A stretch of DNA of 64,000 nucleotides from Azolla caroliniana (lineage: Eukaryota > Plantae > Polypodiophyta). This document shows, piece by piece, positions 1 to 13,051 of the stretch. The notes beneath the pieces are model-generated. The model was not told the origin of the DNA. It did no database searches and saw only the letters and a program-made list of their open reading frames with translations. The first letter of the stretch is position 1. Each line of letters begins with the position of its first letter. The stretch spans positions 8,122,001 through 8,186,000 of the forward strand of contig JBHGNT010000020.1 of assembly GCA_043228905.1 (NCBI GenBank), given 5' to 3'. A program made the translations under genes and the position numbers.

Positions 1-47
1 TGCTACTCAAATCATCTCTAAAATATCAGAACTGAAGATGAAGAATG

Positions 48-167
48 CTTCAATAGATATGCAAAACTGGCTAATGAATGCTGTTATTGTCAGTGGGTGC
101 TTCAGATTCTTCTTCAATAGATATGCAAAACTGGCTAATGAATGCTGTTATTGTCAGTGGGTGCTTC
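48..167. repeat. Local tandem duplication, two 56-bp copies (48-103, 112-167)
   Basis: cttcaatagatatgcaaaactggctaatgaatgctgttattgtcagtgggtgcttc occurs twice with 64-bp periodicity. Confidence 0.9.
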
Positions 168-891
168 GGATGCATCTGAGGTCAATCAAACTGATGAGAT
201 GATATTCTGCCTATTCAGGTACTTTGTGAGATCTATGCCTGCAGAAAACTCTAGCACACCAACATTGAACAACATTGCCCGATATTCTGATATCACAATG
301 CAACAAAGCAGTCCAAAATAAGCTGCTAATAGAGACTTCAAAAGGCAAACACAAGCACACAACACAAATAATGTTTCACAAAAAGCAAAACATGCTCTAC
401 ATTCATCACATTCACCTATACTGCGAGCAAACAATGCACAGCTTCATATTTTCCAGTTGATACACATGGTAGACCGTAGAGCTATAACCTAGCACAGCCG
501 AGTCAAAACATTTCACTGAATTTAAGACTGGATGAGTTCACAAGTAGAATGACCATATCACCTACAAGTGAGTTTGACTTGTGCAACTTGTGCATACTCA
601 TGAATGAACACAAACTTTGATGTATCAATGTGATTAAATCACGTCAGCTTTTATTTATAACCCAACTCTCTTCTGCAGAAATCAAGAGAGTTGCGGCCAC
701 TTTCCCGCACTGTATTAATGCTATGGTTGGCAGAAACAAGAATTGGGGAAAGAACTCTAGGATCAAAAAAATCAGTGTAGAACAGGAACAATGCAACATC
801 CACCATTGGGTAGCTAGAGAGTTTATTTTTTGTCTCCACGCAGAGCAGTAATTGCACACGATATGTTGTCAAATGTACCACAAAAACATCA

Positions 892-3800
892 CTAATGATG
901 TCCTCCAGGTGGTCCACCATGTCCTACCACCTCCAACTACAAATTCCAAATTTCATAAACACAAGAAAATTAGATTGGAGCTACAAATCTCAATCAAATG
1001 AGCAAATTTAACAATATGAAATCTCCATTTCCAAATAAATGACAAGGCATAAACAAAGCTCTATATTGCTAGATGTGCAATGAACTAACCTCGAATACTT
1101 GTGAGCAGACTGTGCATTCATAGTGTTCCCCTTTCTTCAGCTTAAACCACACAACATCATGCTCATCCTCTATAAAATCAAAGCAATCTCATAATGAGTT
1201 TATAAATGAATAAAAACAAAAGCACTGAAAATCCAAATAAATGGAATTACCTCCTACACCTCCAGAGCAGCCAACAATGCGCTCATCATACAGTGACTGG
1301 ATGATGGCTGGACTTTCCTGAGTAAGACAGAAGTTGAAATTAAAAATGCATAACAAACATTTCAATTCGAAAAAGACAGGGACAGGCAAACAGAGAAAAA
1401 GAAAGAAGCTGAGCTTTAAATGAAATGAAAAAAATATCCAAAAGATAGGAAGTCATGAAATAATAATGCTTTAAATATTTTTAAAATAAAACAAGCAGCA
1501 AAAGACAGCCAAATTGAAGCAAGCTTTAATAAAGTGCATGGAATGAAACTCTATAATAAGACACAGATTATTCGAAGTGTCACATAGTCATGCATACTTT
1601 GCTCAAAGTATTTGATCCAATACCAACCGGTTTCCTTTATCATCCTCAATTTCCTCCCTTCTGCAAAACGTCATCTGTCTTGTATGAAGTTCAAAACGTG
1701 CATGTATATGGATAAAGGTAAGTTCTGAGGTCTCAGGACGAAATGTGATGGTGATTTTTCCATGTTACATATAATTTTCTTCTAAATCACAAAGACTCAT
1801 CAAGAGACAACAGGATAGCAGATTCAGGAATCTTAATTCTCAATTCAAACTAATAACAGAAAGAATAATTCTAATACAATTTACAATTACTAATAACATA
1901 AGACACAAAGACTAACATTCTGTACACAAAACAGTTTTAAAAACTTTAAATTAGTCAAATGAAGGTTGGAACTATTAAGCAACCGCAACCTAGATGGGTG
2001 AAATTACAGAGTTTGCGATGAAAATCTGAAGTAACTTACATCATGCAACCGCAACATAGATACAAAAAAAAACGCTTCAATGAAGTTATATTAAGTTGGT
2101 ATTCTTCGATCTATCATTGTCAACCTCTTCATTCTCATCTTCATACTCGCATAATTCATCTCATTTCATTTGTTGCATTTGAACCTTTGCATTATCCACA
2201 TCTTCAATAGATACCTATTCTAATTGTTGCACGGATCTGAGTCTATCATCATCTTTTTCTTTATTGACCATTTCCAAGGTCATTTCCATCTTCTCATATA
2301 CCAAGTCTTCTCAGAAGCCAGAAATTTTTATATTCAAAAATTTCAGAGTTAGAGGGATCAAATTTGTTTATCTATTTTGCAAGAATACATGAGAAGATGT
2401 GCCAATTCCTCACGTCACAACAAGAACCATTGGGAAGGAATACCAAGAACAAACTGTCGTTAGTTTATTAGGAGCATTTGCTCGAAAAGATTCCCACTAT
2501 TTCAAATAATGATGCATTTTGCTTTCACCTTTGGAAAGAGCATAAGCATATAATTTAGGGCCTGTTCTATAAAAGTTAATTAAAAAGCAATTGCTCATGA
2601 ATATTACCCTCTGAATAAAGTTCTAGGGTTCTCATCCACTGACTATTGTTTTCTGTGTTGCTTTCTATACCCATCCCTTTGCAAGTTGGATGCAAAACAA
2701 AATCCAATTGGATACAAATGAGAATGCATCACATGCCATCCATCTACAACAAAAATCTCTTGATGACATTAAGACACTAGGTAGAAAGATGAGATAATGA
2801 CTACTATAAAGATCAGGTTACAGAGGCCAACGAGTGGATCACACCTTCATCCATGTCACTTTTCACTTCAAATCCCTCACTATAGCAAACACAAGGATGA
2901 CTCTATTTGTGACCCAATAAAAGCAATCTCAACCTGCCTAATGCCATCTTTGGTAGGGCAATAGCTTTGTGTCATACATATAACATCTAAAATTCCCGAG
3001 ACAGCTTTCATTAAACCAAGTTCACAGTTGCTCAACATTAGCGACACTTTCTTCACATTGGAGATGCCTATGTCTTGAACCAGCCGATGATGGATGCCAT
3101 TTCTAAACGTCAAAAGTTCAAGCTTTAATAAGTTGTCGTTAATGGGACAACACATTCAGTCAAAATTTCATGTTTGGCCTTTGTTTCATAACTGTCATCA
3201 ATGGAGCAACTTATTTCACTAATCACACAACACTTTCAGTCATAATTGCACGTTTGGCCTCATAGGCCATTTTGGTCATCTTAGATACGTTAATACACCT
3301 CTCTCACCTCCTTACCCTACAACAAGAAGTACATGTTCATCACATGTACGCGTGGAATACAAACCATCTCTGGCACTCATGTGACAGTGATCATGCATGC
3401 ACGGTCTAACACGGAAAATAAACGCCGTAGACACAGATATTGAATGACCAAGTCGAACTGTGAAATGCATTAAGGGCAGCATAAAGCCCATACCATATTA
3501 AATATATCTAAAATTTTGCAAGCAGTTGGTTCACGACCTTATTACAACCCACCACAATAAGACTGTTAGCTACTATGGATGGAATAGTACTACCAGATAC
3601 TAGATACTTAATTATCCATTCTCTCATAACAATTTGGCCAACATATCTATAGCTAGTCTATTTGTTTCTGAACATCAGATCTTTCAATCATTTGCATCAA
3701 AATCTATCCTTCTTCACATAAGGAATGAAGAATGACGCAAACATATCTGCCTACGTCAATTTATGTATGTTTTTTTGTTTATGATCAGTTTCCAATATCA

Positions 3801-5541
3801 AAAGGTGATTTAATCTTTGTTCTAAATATGATAGTTTTAAAAATTAGAGAAACTAAATGGCAGTCCAAATTTTGGAATAGCACAGTCGCACTTGCCATTT
3901 ACATATCCTGATACTTGTCAAATATGCATTGCATGCTGGACCTAATCCAAGGTCTAATATCATGCTACAAACGACCATCTGTGAGAAGTTACGGCCACAT
4001 ATACACCCAAAGTACAGAAGAACATTGTCCTTAGGGTAATTCCCTTATCGTTTCATATCACGTACTTAAGTGTGTGCTAAAAAAGAGTTTATACAATGTA
4101 AGCAATGCTTCAGAGGGCATGAGGCTGATCCTCATTAGGTGCTTGAATAGATATAATCTATTGCTCCCATATTTTGGGGCATGACTATGAGACCTGTAGT
4201 CTAGTAGACATTTTGGAGGAAAATGCAAAACGAGCACAGTAACAAAATGTTCACAGCAATCTGGATAACTTGTGTTCAAATATGACACCATAAAGATTCA
4301 ATATGAAGACGAGACATAATCTTTAACTTACCACAAAAAGAAAGTTATTAGTGGAAAATAAAAACCTGCGAAAATGTTATTTCTTTCTACATGAACAAAC
4401 AGGAATGAAATAAATAAAAAATCCACCAGAGCAAAAAGGAATGAAAGGAAATATGTTAGAGCTAGTACCTTGGTTCCAAACGGACCTCGAGGAGGTTCAA
4501 GATCGAAAAGTTTTTTACCCTGAAAAAAAGGTTAATAATAACCTAAGAGTTAAAACTTTACACAATAATTATATAACGCCTCAAGATCTTAAGACAGTTT
4601 TCTCAAACCTGACGCTCAGCCAGGAGTTCCTGAAGCTCCACGCCAGTTGCAATGCCAAGGTCATCATCTGCTCCCTCCAATTTACCACTGTCTGAGAAAC
4701 CATGTACAATGTCAACGAATGGGCATGCGTGAAAAACAAATCAATCAAGCATTCCTAGATTCAACTAAAACACATCAATATTGCTACCACAAACCACGTT
4801 TTCTGATGACGCCTGCAGAAGAACATAACATGCGCATCAAACTCATGCTGCAATGTATGAGATAAAATGGAACGGAATATTGCAATAAAATTTTCAAGTA
4901 AGGGAAATAATATCAGAAGGCGCTGAGCAAGTCAAGTCTAATACTGGACAGTCATTCCGCTCTTAATATCGGATATGAAAAAGAAGCAATACTCGAGGAT
5001 AGATGTACCACCTCCGATCTTGATGTCTGCAATGTAGAAATTACTAGAGAAGAGACACAAATTTAGAAGGAATGACTGTTTCGTACGAAACAGTACAAGA
5101 AGATTTTCGATTCCGGCCGAGGGGAAATGAGAGATGGATGGGAAACTTCCAAAGAAAGGAGAATTGACTCCTGGGATGAATTTTCAGAAACGCAGAACAA
5201 TCGTAGAAGGGAACACAGTTCACCGATATACTAAACAGTAAACGAATATGAACTCCGGTCACGAGGATCTGCAGAACAATAAGATGCGATGGGGACTTAC
5301 CCTCGGAAACATCCACAACGACTTTAACTTCTTCGGCTGCTTGCTGAACTGCCGCAGAGAACCATCGCTGGGAGATCAAAGAAGAAGCAGCAGAAGAAGG
5401 AGAAGAAGAATATGATGATGATGATGATGATGGAGTGATATGTTGATCGACAAAGAAGCGCAGAGGTGGGTAAAGAGAGGAGGGGGTTCTGTGACGGAGA
5501 GGAGCAATGCCAATGCGTCTGCTCGCAGGAGACCTCCACAT
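892..5541 (-). CDS. COX5b: Mitochondrial cytochrome c oxidase subunit 5b, 6 exons: 5541-5301, 4691-4609, 4519-4469, 1317-1251, 1169-1090, 936-892
   Basis: Manual splicing at GT-AG sites gives MWRSPASRR...(Ser/Arg-rich presequence)...LGIATGVELQELLAERQ/GKKLFDLEPPRGPFGTK/ESPAIIQSLYDERIVGCSGGVG/EDEHDVVWFKLKKGEHYECTVCSQVFE/LEVVGHGGPPGGHH*. This matches plant COX5b motifs (GPFGTK, RIVGC, EHDVVWF, CxxC zinc site). Confidence 0.93.
2250..3160 (-). mobile_element. Highly degenerate hAT transposase relic in COX5b intron 3
   Basis: Minus-strand fragments resemble hAT C-terminal motifs: GWHVMHSHLYPIGF (cf. RW..LHSPLHAAG) and GSCCDVRNWHIFSCI..K (cf. SSGCERNWS.F..I..K). Many stops; boundaries approximate. 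Confidence 0.45.
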
Positions 5542-5645
5542 GTTTGAGGAAGATCGATCGATCGATCGAAGGAGAAGGAGGAGGAGGAGGAGCCCTAAAA
5601 AGTTGAAGAGAAGGGAAGAACAAGAGACAGCATTTGCATTTGCAG

Positions 5646-5748
5646 ATGGAGATGGAGATGGAGATGGAGATGGAGATGGGGGGGGGGACCCATGTATGCA
5701 TGCATGCATGTATGTATGTTTGTATGTATGTATGTATCAGTATGTATG
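5646..5748. repeat. Microsatellites (GGAGAT)n and (TATG/CATG)n upstream of COX5b
   Basis: Directly visible simple repeats. Confidence 0.85.
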
Positions 5749-7095
5749 CTCATGTCTATCTGCTACCAAATCATAAAGAGGCCTTGGTGAGGGAATCGCG
5801 GCCACGGACGGACAGTGAGTGAGTGTATGGCCCTTAACTAAGGGCTCATGAGATCTGCACCGTCCGATCTTTGGGAAAACAAAAAAAATGCCATCCAAAA
5901 AGCTGACAACCTCTGTCACCAGGCGCCCGACTCTGACCCGCTCTGTCACCCAAGCACCCGACTTATTTGATTGCAAGCGCCCGACTGTCTTAGGTCAGGC
6001 ACTGGACCGACTCAGGCCAAGTGTCCGACTCAAATGTAGACACCAAAAACATCAAAAAAATTCAAGTGTAAAAAAGAAAATTGACATCAAAACTTTTGCA
6101 CCAAAATTCCACTAAAAAAACAAAAATTTCTATTTACTTAAAACGTCAATTTCAACATACATACAATGATGCAAATGAGTGTGATCTCCGAATTATGCAT
6201 ACCATAGTACGTAATATATGCATTTGTATGCTCAAACATTCGTTTTCATACGTTTGTAAACGAATACATATATTATCCAAACATTCTTCTATTTCTTTTT
6301 TACTTTTTTACTTTTCTTTTTTGCTCGTAGAGGGGTGAATGTTCTGCATAGCGCACATCTTCCCCCGCCATCAGTTTCTGCACATCAATGTGACGCTTCC
6401 TCTCCCATCCAGCCTCGAATGTTGACTTACATCCTTCGTCTTGCATTTTTCTGTAGAGCTTCAAAGCCTTGTACACTTTATCTGCTTAACGTACGCAGAG
6501 AGCATAATGTTCCATGTAACCACATCCCAGCTAGGCAATGAAGAGAACAGATTCTGCATTCTCTGCCTCAACTATATCTCAACATTTGCTATGTGTTGTC
6601 CAGAGGACAGAAATGTAAATTAGGAAATTAGCAAACGGCGGTAGTGTAACCGAGTAGGAAAGAACGCCAGCGAGCGCCGAGTCCGAGTATCACGGGCCAC
6701 CGACGGCTCGGTTGTGTATTAGGGGAAACGTTATTTAAACAAGGTCGAGTACCTCAGAGAGGGGGAGAAAAAGTATAGGCGGAAGCACTAGCAAATTCCA
6801 TCGTAATTAGATACTATTGTAAGGTCACCGGCCGTAGGCCGCGCTCTATAACCCTTTTGCTGTCGCATTAATACATATCTGTTATTGTGCCCATCTTGCT
6901 CCATGAGTCTGTGTTTTCTCTCGTGTTTCTGAATTAAGCGCCGTCCACGCCTATCAAGATCTCACTAGTGTTCCATCTCGGATTATTTTCTACCTCATGA
7001 CGCCTCTGTTTACGAGCCTTCACGTAACACATCCTTTGCTACCGATAACCTCAGGTCTATCGAAGGTCTCACCCAAAGGAACGGGTAACACAATT

Positions 7096-7108
7096 TGGCA
7101 CGCCCGGT
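7096..7108 (+). promoter_or_regulatory. PBS of G1, complementary to tRNA-Arg (UCU-type 3' end)
   Basis: TGGCACGCCCGGT lies 5 nt after the 5' LTR; the recalled plant tRNA-Arg(UCU) 3' end is ...CCCACCGGGCGUG-CCA. Confidence 0.8.
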
Positions 7109-7281
7109 TACAGCTGTGAGTGCACAACAAACTTCGTTGAAGGTAACCACCAGCCACCGTTACGACGCCCTCTCGCACCACGAGGTCTCGGCCACCTGCC
7201 CGACGCCCTGAGCCAGTCGAAGGAACTTCTGACTCGGCGGTCACTGACCAATCCTTTCCTAAGCAATCGGAGGCTTCCCCA

Positions 7282-10200
7282 GTGCAATTCTCGCCACCGG
7301 ACACTCAATCGAGAGTTGATTCCCCACCACAACCCCCGCCAAGCTCTCCGGAGGTCACTCAACCGGAACTAAACCCTTTCCCGATGCTACCAGAAGACCC
7401 AGAGTACATCATGCCGTACCCATACCCACGTTACACCGACGGACCAGACGCGGAGTCACACATTCGTGCCTTCATATCTACGTGGCAAGCCAACCACTCA
7501 ATGCACCGCCTCACGCCGGCCGAAATCGATGCCTCAAAGATTGTCAAGTTCACACTCTCCCTCGATGGACCGGCCGCACGATGGTACTCTTGCCTTGAAC
7601 TAGGAGAGGGAACCACCTTCCAAATCGTGCGCACAAAGTTCCTTGACCTCTTTCATCGCGAGGTGCCCAAACGGGAACTGCTCTGGCAATTCTTCTCGAT
7701 ATGCCAAGAACCGCACGAAACGGTCGCGCAGTTCACGATCCGGTTCCAGGATCTCTACAGACAAGTGGCCGACGATGTCTCGGCACAACATATACCAGAC
7801 ACTTTCCTGTCCAGTTTACGAGAGCCTCTCCGAACGACTCTCGCACTTACAAATTTTGCCAACCAAACTATCGAGGAAGTCATAGCGCGAGTCCTCGCCC
7901 TCGATCGATCCCAACACGGCGTGGCCTTCTCTATGACCTCCCTACAAAATGCCCTTCCATAGGAGGACAACCGCTTTCGCCAAGCCCTCCAATGCACGAT
8001 CTGTTTAGGCTCGGGTCACCTGGCTCTCGAATGTCCTCATCACCCACAGTGTCCAATTTGCCAATCGCGATCTCACACCGTCGAACAATGCGAGTACAAC
8101 ATGCTCAATCGCACTACGACCGCACCAGTTCGCCAGATCGAGCCCAAGAACACGTACTCTCGACAGGATGAGCGTAATTCCTACCGAGATAACGATAACG
8201 ATCGCCCACGATCACCGAATAGACGATGTTGGGACGACGATTACCGTCGAGATGACCGCCGGGATCGCTATCGCGACGACCAGAACGACGATTATGATCG
8301 TTACGACAATGATCGGGATGACAGGTATGATCGGAGGAACTCACGTAACGATTGGCGAAACGGAAACCGCAACTCACGCAACAATAGAAGGAACAACGAC
8401 AACCGCCGACGAGATGCTCCTCCAAATGACCAGCGGAACACCAATGCACCTCGGACCAACCCACCACTAAACGAGACAAGGAATCAACCGCAACAGCTCC
8501 CACACACAGACCAGGCTGACACCAGCAACTCGGCCAACGGTACGTGTTTTAAATGTAACCAACTCGGCCACTATGCCACGCAATGCCCAACAACCAACCA
8601 TGGCAAAGCACTTGCGGTGAACAATATCATGGCCGATGTTCAAACCGTCACTACCCGGAGTAAAGCGCAGACTACATTGTGGCAAATCCAGGATGAAGTC
8701 CGTCAGGCAGCAAAAGAATGGATCGACACGGCCAATAAAAAGAATGTCGTGCGCATGCAAACTGACATGAGAGACGTGCCCAGCGAAGCACCACAAACCT
8801 CGGTACCATCCACGTCGTCAGAGGACGACCAACTATGGGATGTTCTTACCAACTCCCGCATCTCGCTGCCCCTACATAAACTGTTACCACTCATGCCGAG
8901 ATTTCGGGACACCCTGGCTGCACTCCAGGCCAATACTAAGCCCGTGACGCCACCGATACACCTCACCGAAGCAGGCATAGGTCCACCACTCATGGATTCT
9001 CAGAACCCAGCCGTGCGAATCATCATTAAGGGACAAGACCAGCACGGATGCATCATCGACGGCGGATCCGGCGTAAACGTTATTAGCGAGTCAACGTGTC
9101 ACAACCTCGGCCTGAATCAATGGGAACCATGCCCCTTTTGGCTTCGGATGGCCGACACCCGCTCCGTTCGCCCCATTGGTTTAATCCGCCATCTCGACTT
9201 CACACTCGGAGGCCACATGTTCACGATCTCGGCCGTCGTGCTAAGACTGGAGACACAAGGCGCCTACCCAATGTTACTAGGTCGACCATGGTTGCGTACA
9301 ACGAATATCAAGCAGCATTGGCAACGCAACATGATCTCGTTCCGAAGAGGCAAGACAAAAGTCTGAATCATCACTGAAGAACGAGTCCTCGTGGCCCTCA
9401 ACACTTTGCCGTTATACGCGGAAGGGGTCCATATGCTTGACGGTTTGGCCGATGAGGAGGTCGATGACTTCCTAGATGATCATCCCACGATCATCCCTCT
9501 CTTCGAAATCAATGCCATACCAACCATCGAGCCACCTAAAGACGAGGAAGTCACGGAGGAATCACCACCCCAAGATGAACCAGATCCAACCACAGTTGCC
9601 GAGCTACGCCATGCTCAGGATGCTTTCGAACGCGAACTTGCTATTTCACAACGAGTCAAAGCATCAACCCTGGAAACAATAAACCTCGGCTCGGACGAGA
9701 ATCCCCGTACGTTACAAATTACCAATAATCTACCAACCGGAGAACGGGCATCCCTTGTACGATTGCTCACCGACTACCAGGATGTTTTCGCTTGGTCTTA
9801 CACCGATATGAAGGGGCTGGATCCTCACTACTACCAACATCAAATCCACCTCTTACCCGACACTCGGCCGGTTCAGCAGAGGCGCTACAGGATGAACCCC
9901 AACTACGCCGCTAAAGTCAAAGAGGAAATCGACAAACTACTCCGAGTGGGCTTCATTCGCCTTGTTAAACGGGCCATGTGGTTAAGCCCGATCGTAGTAG
10001 TCCCAAAGAAGAACGGAAAAATCCGCGTCTGCGTCAACTATCGGAAGCTTAACACGGCAACAGTCACCGATGGTTTCCCTCTCCCGTTCACGGACAGCGT
10101 CCTCGACACAGTAGCCGGCCACGAATGCTACAGTTTCCTCGACGGGTTCAGCGGCTATAACCAGATAAGAATGCACCCAGAGGATCAGGAGAAAACCGCT

Positions 10201-12545
10201 TTCGTCACGGAATGGGGTGTTTTTGTGGCAGAAGTAATGATGTTCGGTCTAAAAACGGTGTCGGCTACGTTCCAGTGCATCATCACCGAAATCTTTCATG
10301 ACTACATCCCGACATTCATGCAAGTCTTTCTTGATGATTTCGCCGTGTATGGCCATCGACGGGAACACATGACCTAGTTATGACTCTGCCTGGACCGATG
10401 TCGCCAAGCTCGATTAAGCTTAAACCTGGCGAAATGCGCGTTCTTAGTCACCAACGGCAACCTTCTCAACCACATTGTTAGTCAAGAAGGCATCGCTATG
10501 GACCCGGATAAAGTAAAGGCCATCCTGACCGCCCCCGCACCCTTGAACGCAAAGGCACTAAGCCAATTTTTGGGACAAATCTGGTGGCACAGCCGAATGA
10601 TACGACATCTGGCCGATTTTGCGACACCTTTACACACGACAGTCCATCGCCTTCCCTTCCAATGGACGTCAATCGAAGACACGGCCTATCAGACCCTGAA
10701 ACTAATGCTCTCACATGCCCTGGTGGTCCAGCCTCCGGTTTGGTCCGAACCGTTTCATGTCTTCGTAGATGCTTCGTACATCGCCATCGGAAGTGCCCTG
10801 ATGCAATGCACACCCCCGAATTGGTATAGGCCCGTGTACTACGCCAACCGACGGCTCTCGACCGCGGAAAAGAATTACTCCACCACCGAGCGGGAGGCCC
10901 TCGGTAGGATTTATAGCGTCAATAAATTCCGGCATTACCTCTTGGGCCGGAAGTTTACCTTTCACGTGGATCACTCGGCCCTTCTTTATTTGGTCAATAA
11001 ACAAGCCCTCACCGGACGGTTGGCTCGGTGGATGCTCCTACTCCAAGAATTTGATTTCCAGATTCAGCATTGACCCGGGGTACAACACATCGTCGCCGAC
11101 TACTTGAGCCGTCTTGAGTCAGGGGAACCGGCGGAAACAACGTACGACGAGCTACCAGATGCCAGCCTATTTAACCTGACCACGATGCCAGACGATAACA
11201 AAGATGAATGGATCACGGAGATGACCCATTTTCTCACTACCGGTTTACCTCCCGAGCACATGCCCCTTGACGCGAGAAAACGCCTAGCAGTGCGTAGCCG
11301 GAATTTTTGCCTCATCTCGGACATTCTCTACCACAAAGGCTCAAACGACATATGGCGCCGAGCGATTCGGCAATTCGAGAAGAACGCCGTTCTTTAGGAG
11401 GCCCATCAGGGAGTAGTCGGGGGGCACTACGCCGGGGATTCCACGGCAAGGAAGGTTTGGCAAAGCGGATTGTGGTGGCCGACAACGAAGAGAGACGCTC
11501 ACAGTTTTGCCGGCAGTGCAATTTGTGCCAACGATTGGGGCAACCAATGGAATAGTCACGCATGCCACACCAGCCGATTCTTCCGTTGGACCCATTTCAA
11601 AAATGGGGTTTGGATTTTGTAGGCCCTTTCAAGCCACCCACGGCCCGTACAGGGAATAGGTATATTATCGTGGCCACGGACTACTGCACCAAATGGGTCG
11701 AGGCTAAGGCACTCTGAGACAACACGGCGGCATCCACGGCTAAATTCGTGTACGAGCATCTTTGGTGCCGTTACGGATGCCCAATCGAGCTCGTTAGTGA
11801 CCAAGGTGGGCACTTCATCAATCATATAATACGTGAGCTTACACACCACTACGCGGTGGTGCACAAGAAAAGCACACCATACTACCCGCAGGCGAACGGC
11901 TTGGCGGAATCGACCAATAAAATCCTCCAAACCATACTGAAGAAGATCGTCAATGAAAACAGGACCGATTGGGATGACAAACTCCAGAGCGCGCTGTGGG
12001 CGTATCGTACGACTTTCAAAACAAGCATCCAATCAACCCCCTTTCCAATGGCGTTCGGGTTAGAAGCCGTAATGCCCGTCGAGTTCCAAGTCCCGAGCCT
12101 CCGAGTTCAAGTCAAAGCACGGCTCCCCGAGGCCCAAACCGAGCAATACCGGCTGGAACAACTCCTCGAACTCGGCGAAGACAGGATAGAGAGTATGGCC
12201 CAGCTCGAACAATGCCAACGACAACGCAAGGCTTTCGTGGATCGACATCGAAACGGGCTGGAGAAGGAGCTCACCATCGGCAAACCAGTTCTTCTTTTTC
12301 AAACACGACTCGGGTCAATGCCGGGAAAATTAAGATTTCGGTGGACCGGTCCATTCTGGATTATCAACGAGTTCAACAGGACGTTCCAGCTCGGCAAACT
12401 CGCCGGCGACACTGTCAAAAGCTGGGCCAATGGTTTCCGACTTCGACCATATCGAGGCACTACACCACCCAACCCGTTTACCGAGCCACACGACACAAAT
12501 GAGTTTCGGGAGACCACCACGGAGGAGGCCACGTGTTCCCCTTAG
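7282..12545 (+). pseudogene. G1 gag-pol with several premature stops and a frameshift
   Basis: Gag with CCHC knuckles, protease IIDGGSGVNV, RT FLDD, RH FHVFVDAS...EREAL, integrase HHCC/DDE; collinear with the intact G2 ORF. Confidence 0.9.
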
Positions 12546-13051
12546 TAAGGACTCACCCACCTTTTTGAAATTAATAAAGTAGGTAGGATTAACCATAGTT
12601 TAGCCGCCGATTAGCTACACCTACACCACCCACCTAGGCACCCACAATTTAGGAGCACCCCAGCCACCTCTCATTTAGTACCTATTTAAGCACATGCAAA
12701 GCACTCGAAGCACCCCACTCACCTTCAGGACACGTGGCGTTAGTCACTTATTATGGCACCCACGACTCAGAATCTTCAGGATTCGCTTCGGGCACAAAAA
12801 CCTAGGAGTAAGTTACTAAAACCGTTTCCAAAACACATCACATACACAGAAGTTCATTATTGCTCCCAACCTCCATCGCTCTCAAGCTCAGAAGCCCCTT
12901 CTCGCTCTCATCGCTCTAAATGCTCTTGCTCTCAAGCCCTATTTCACTCTCATAGCCCCTCTGCCGAGCTTCCCCTTCCTGTTGTTCCTCCTCTGTCTCG
13001 CCCTCGCCTCATCACTCTTCCACATAGTCAAACCCTGTCTCCATCTCCACC

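Noticed and set aside
5044-5709. 221-aa standalone protein
   Set aside because: It is COX5b exon 1 read through microsatellite UTR and intron sequence
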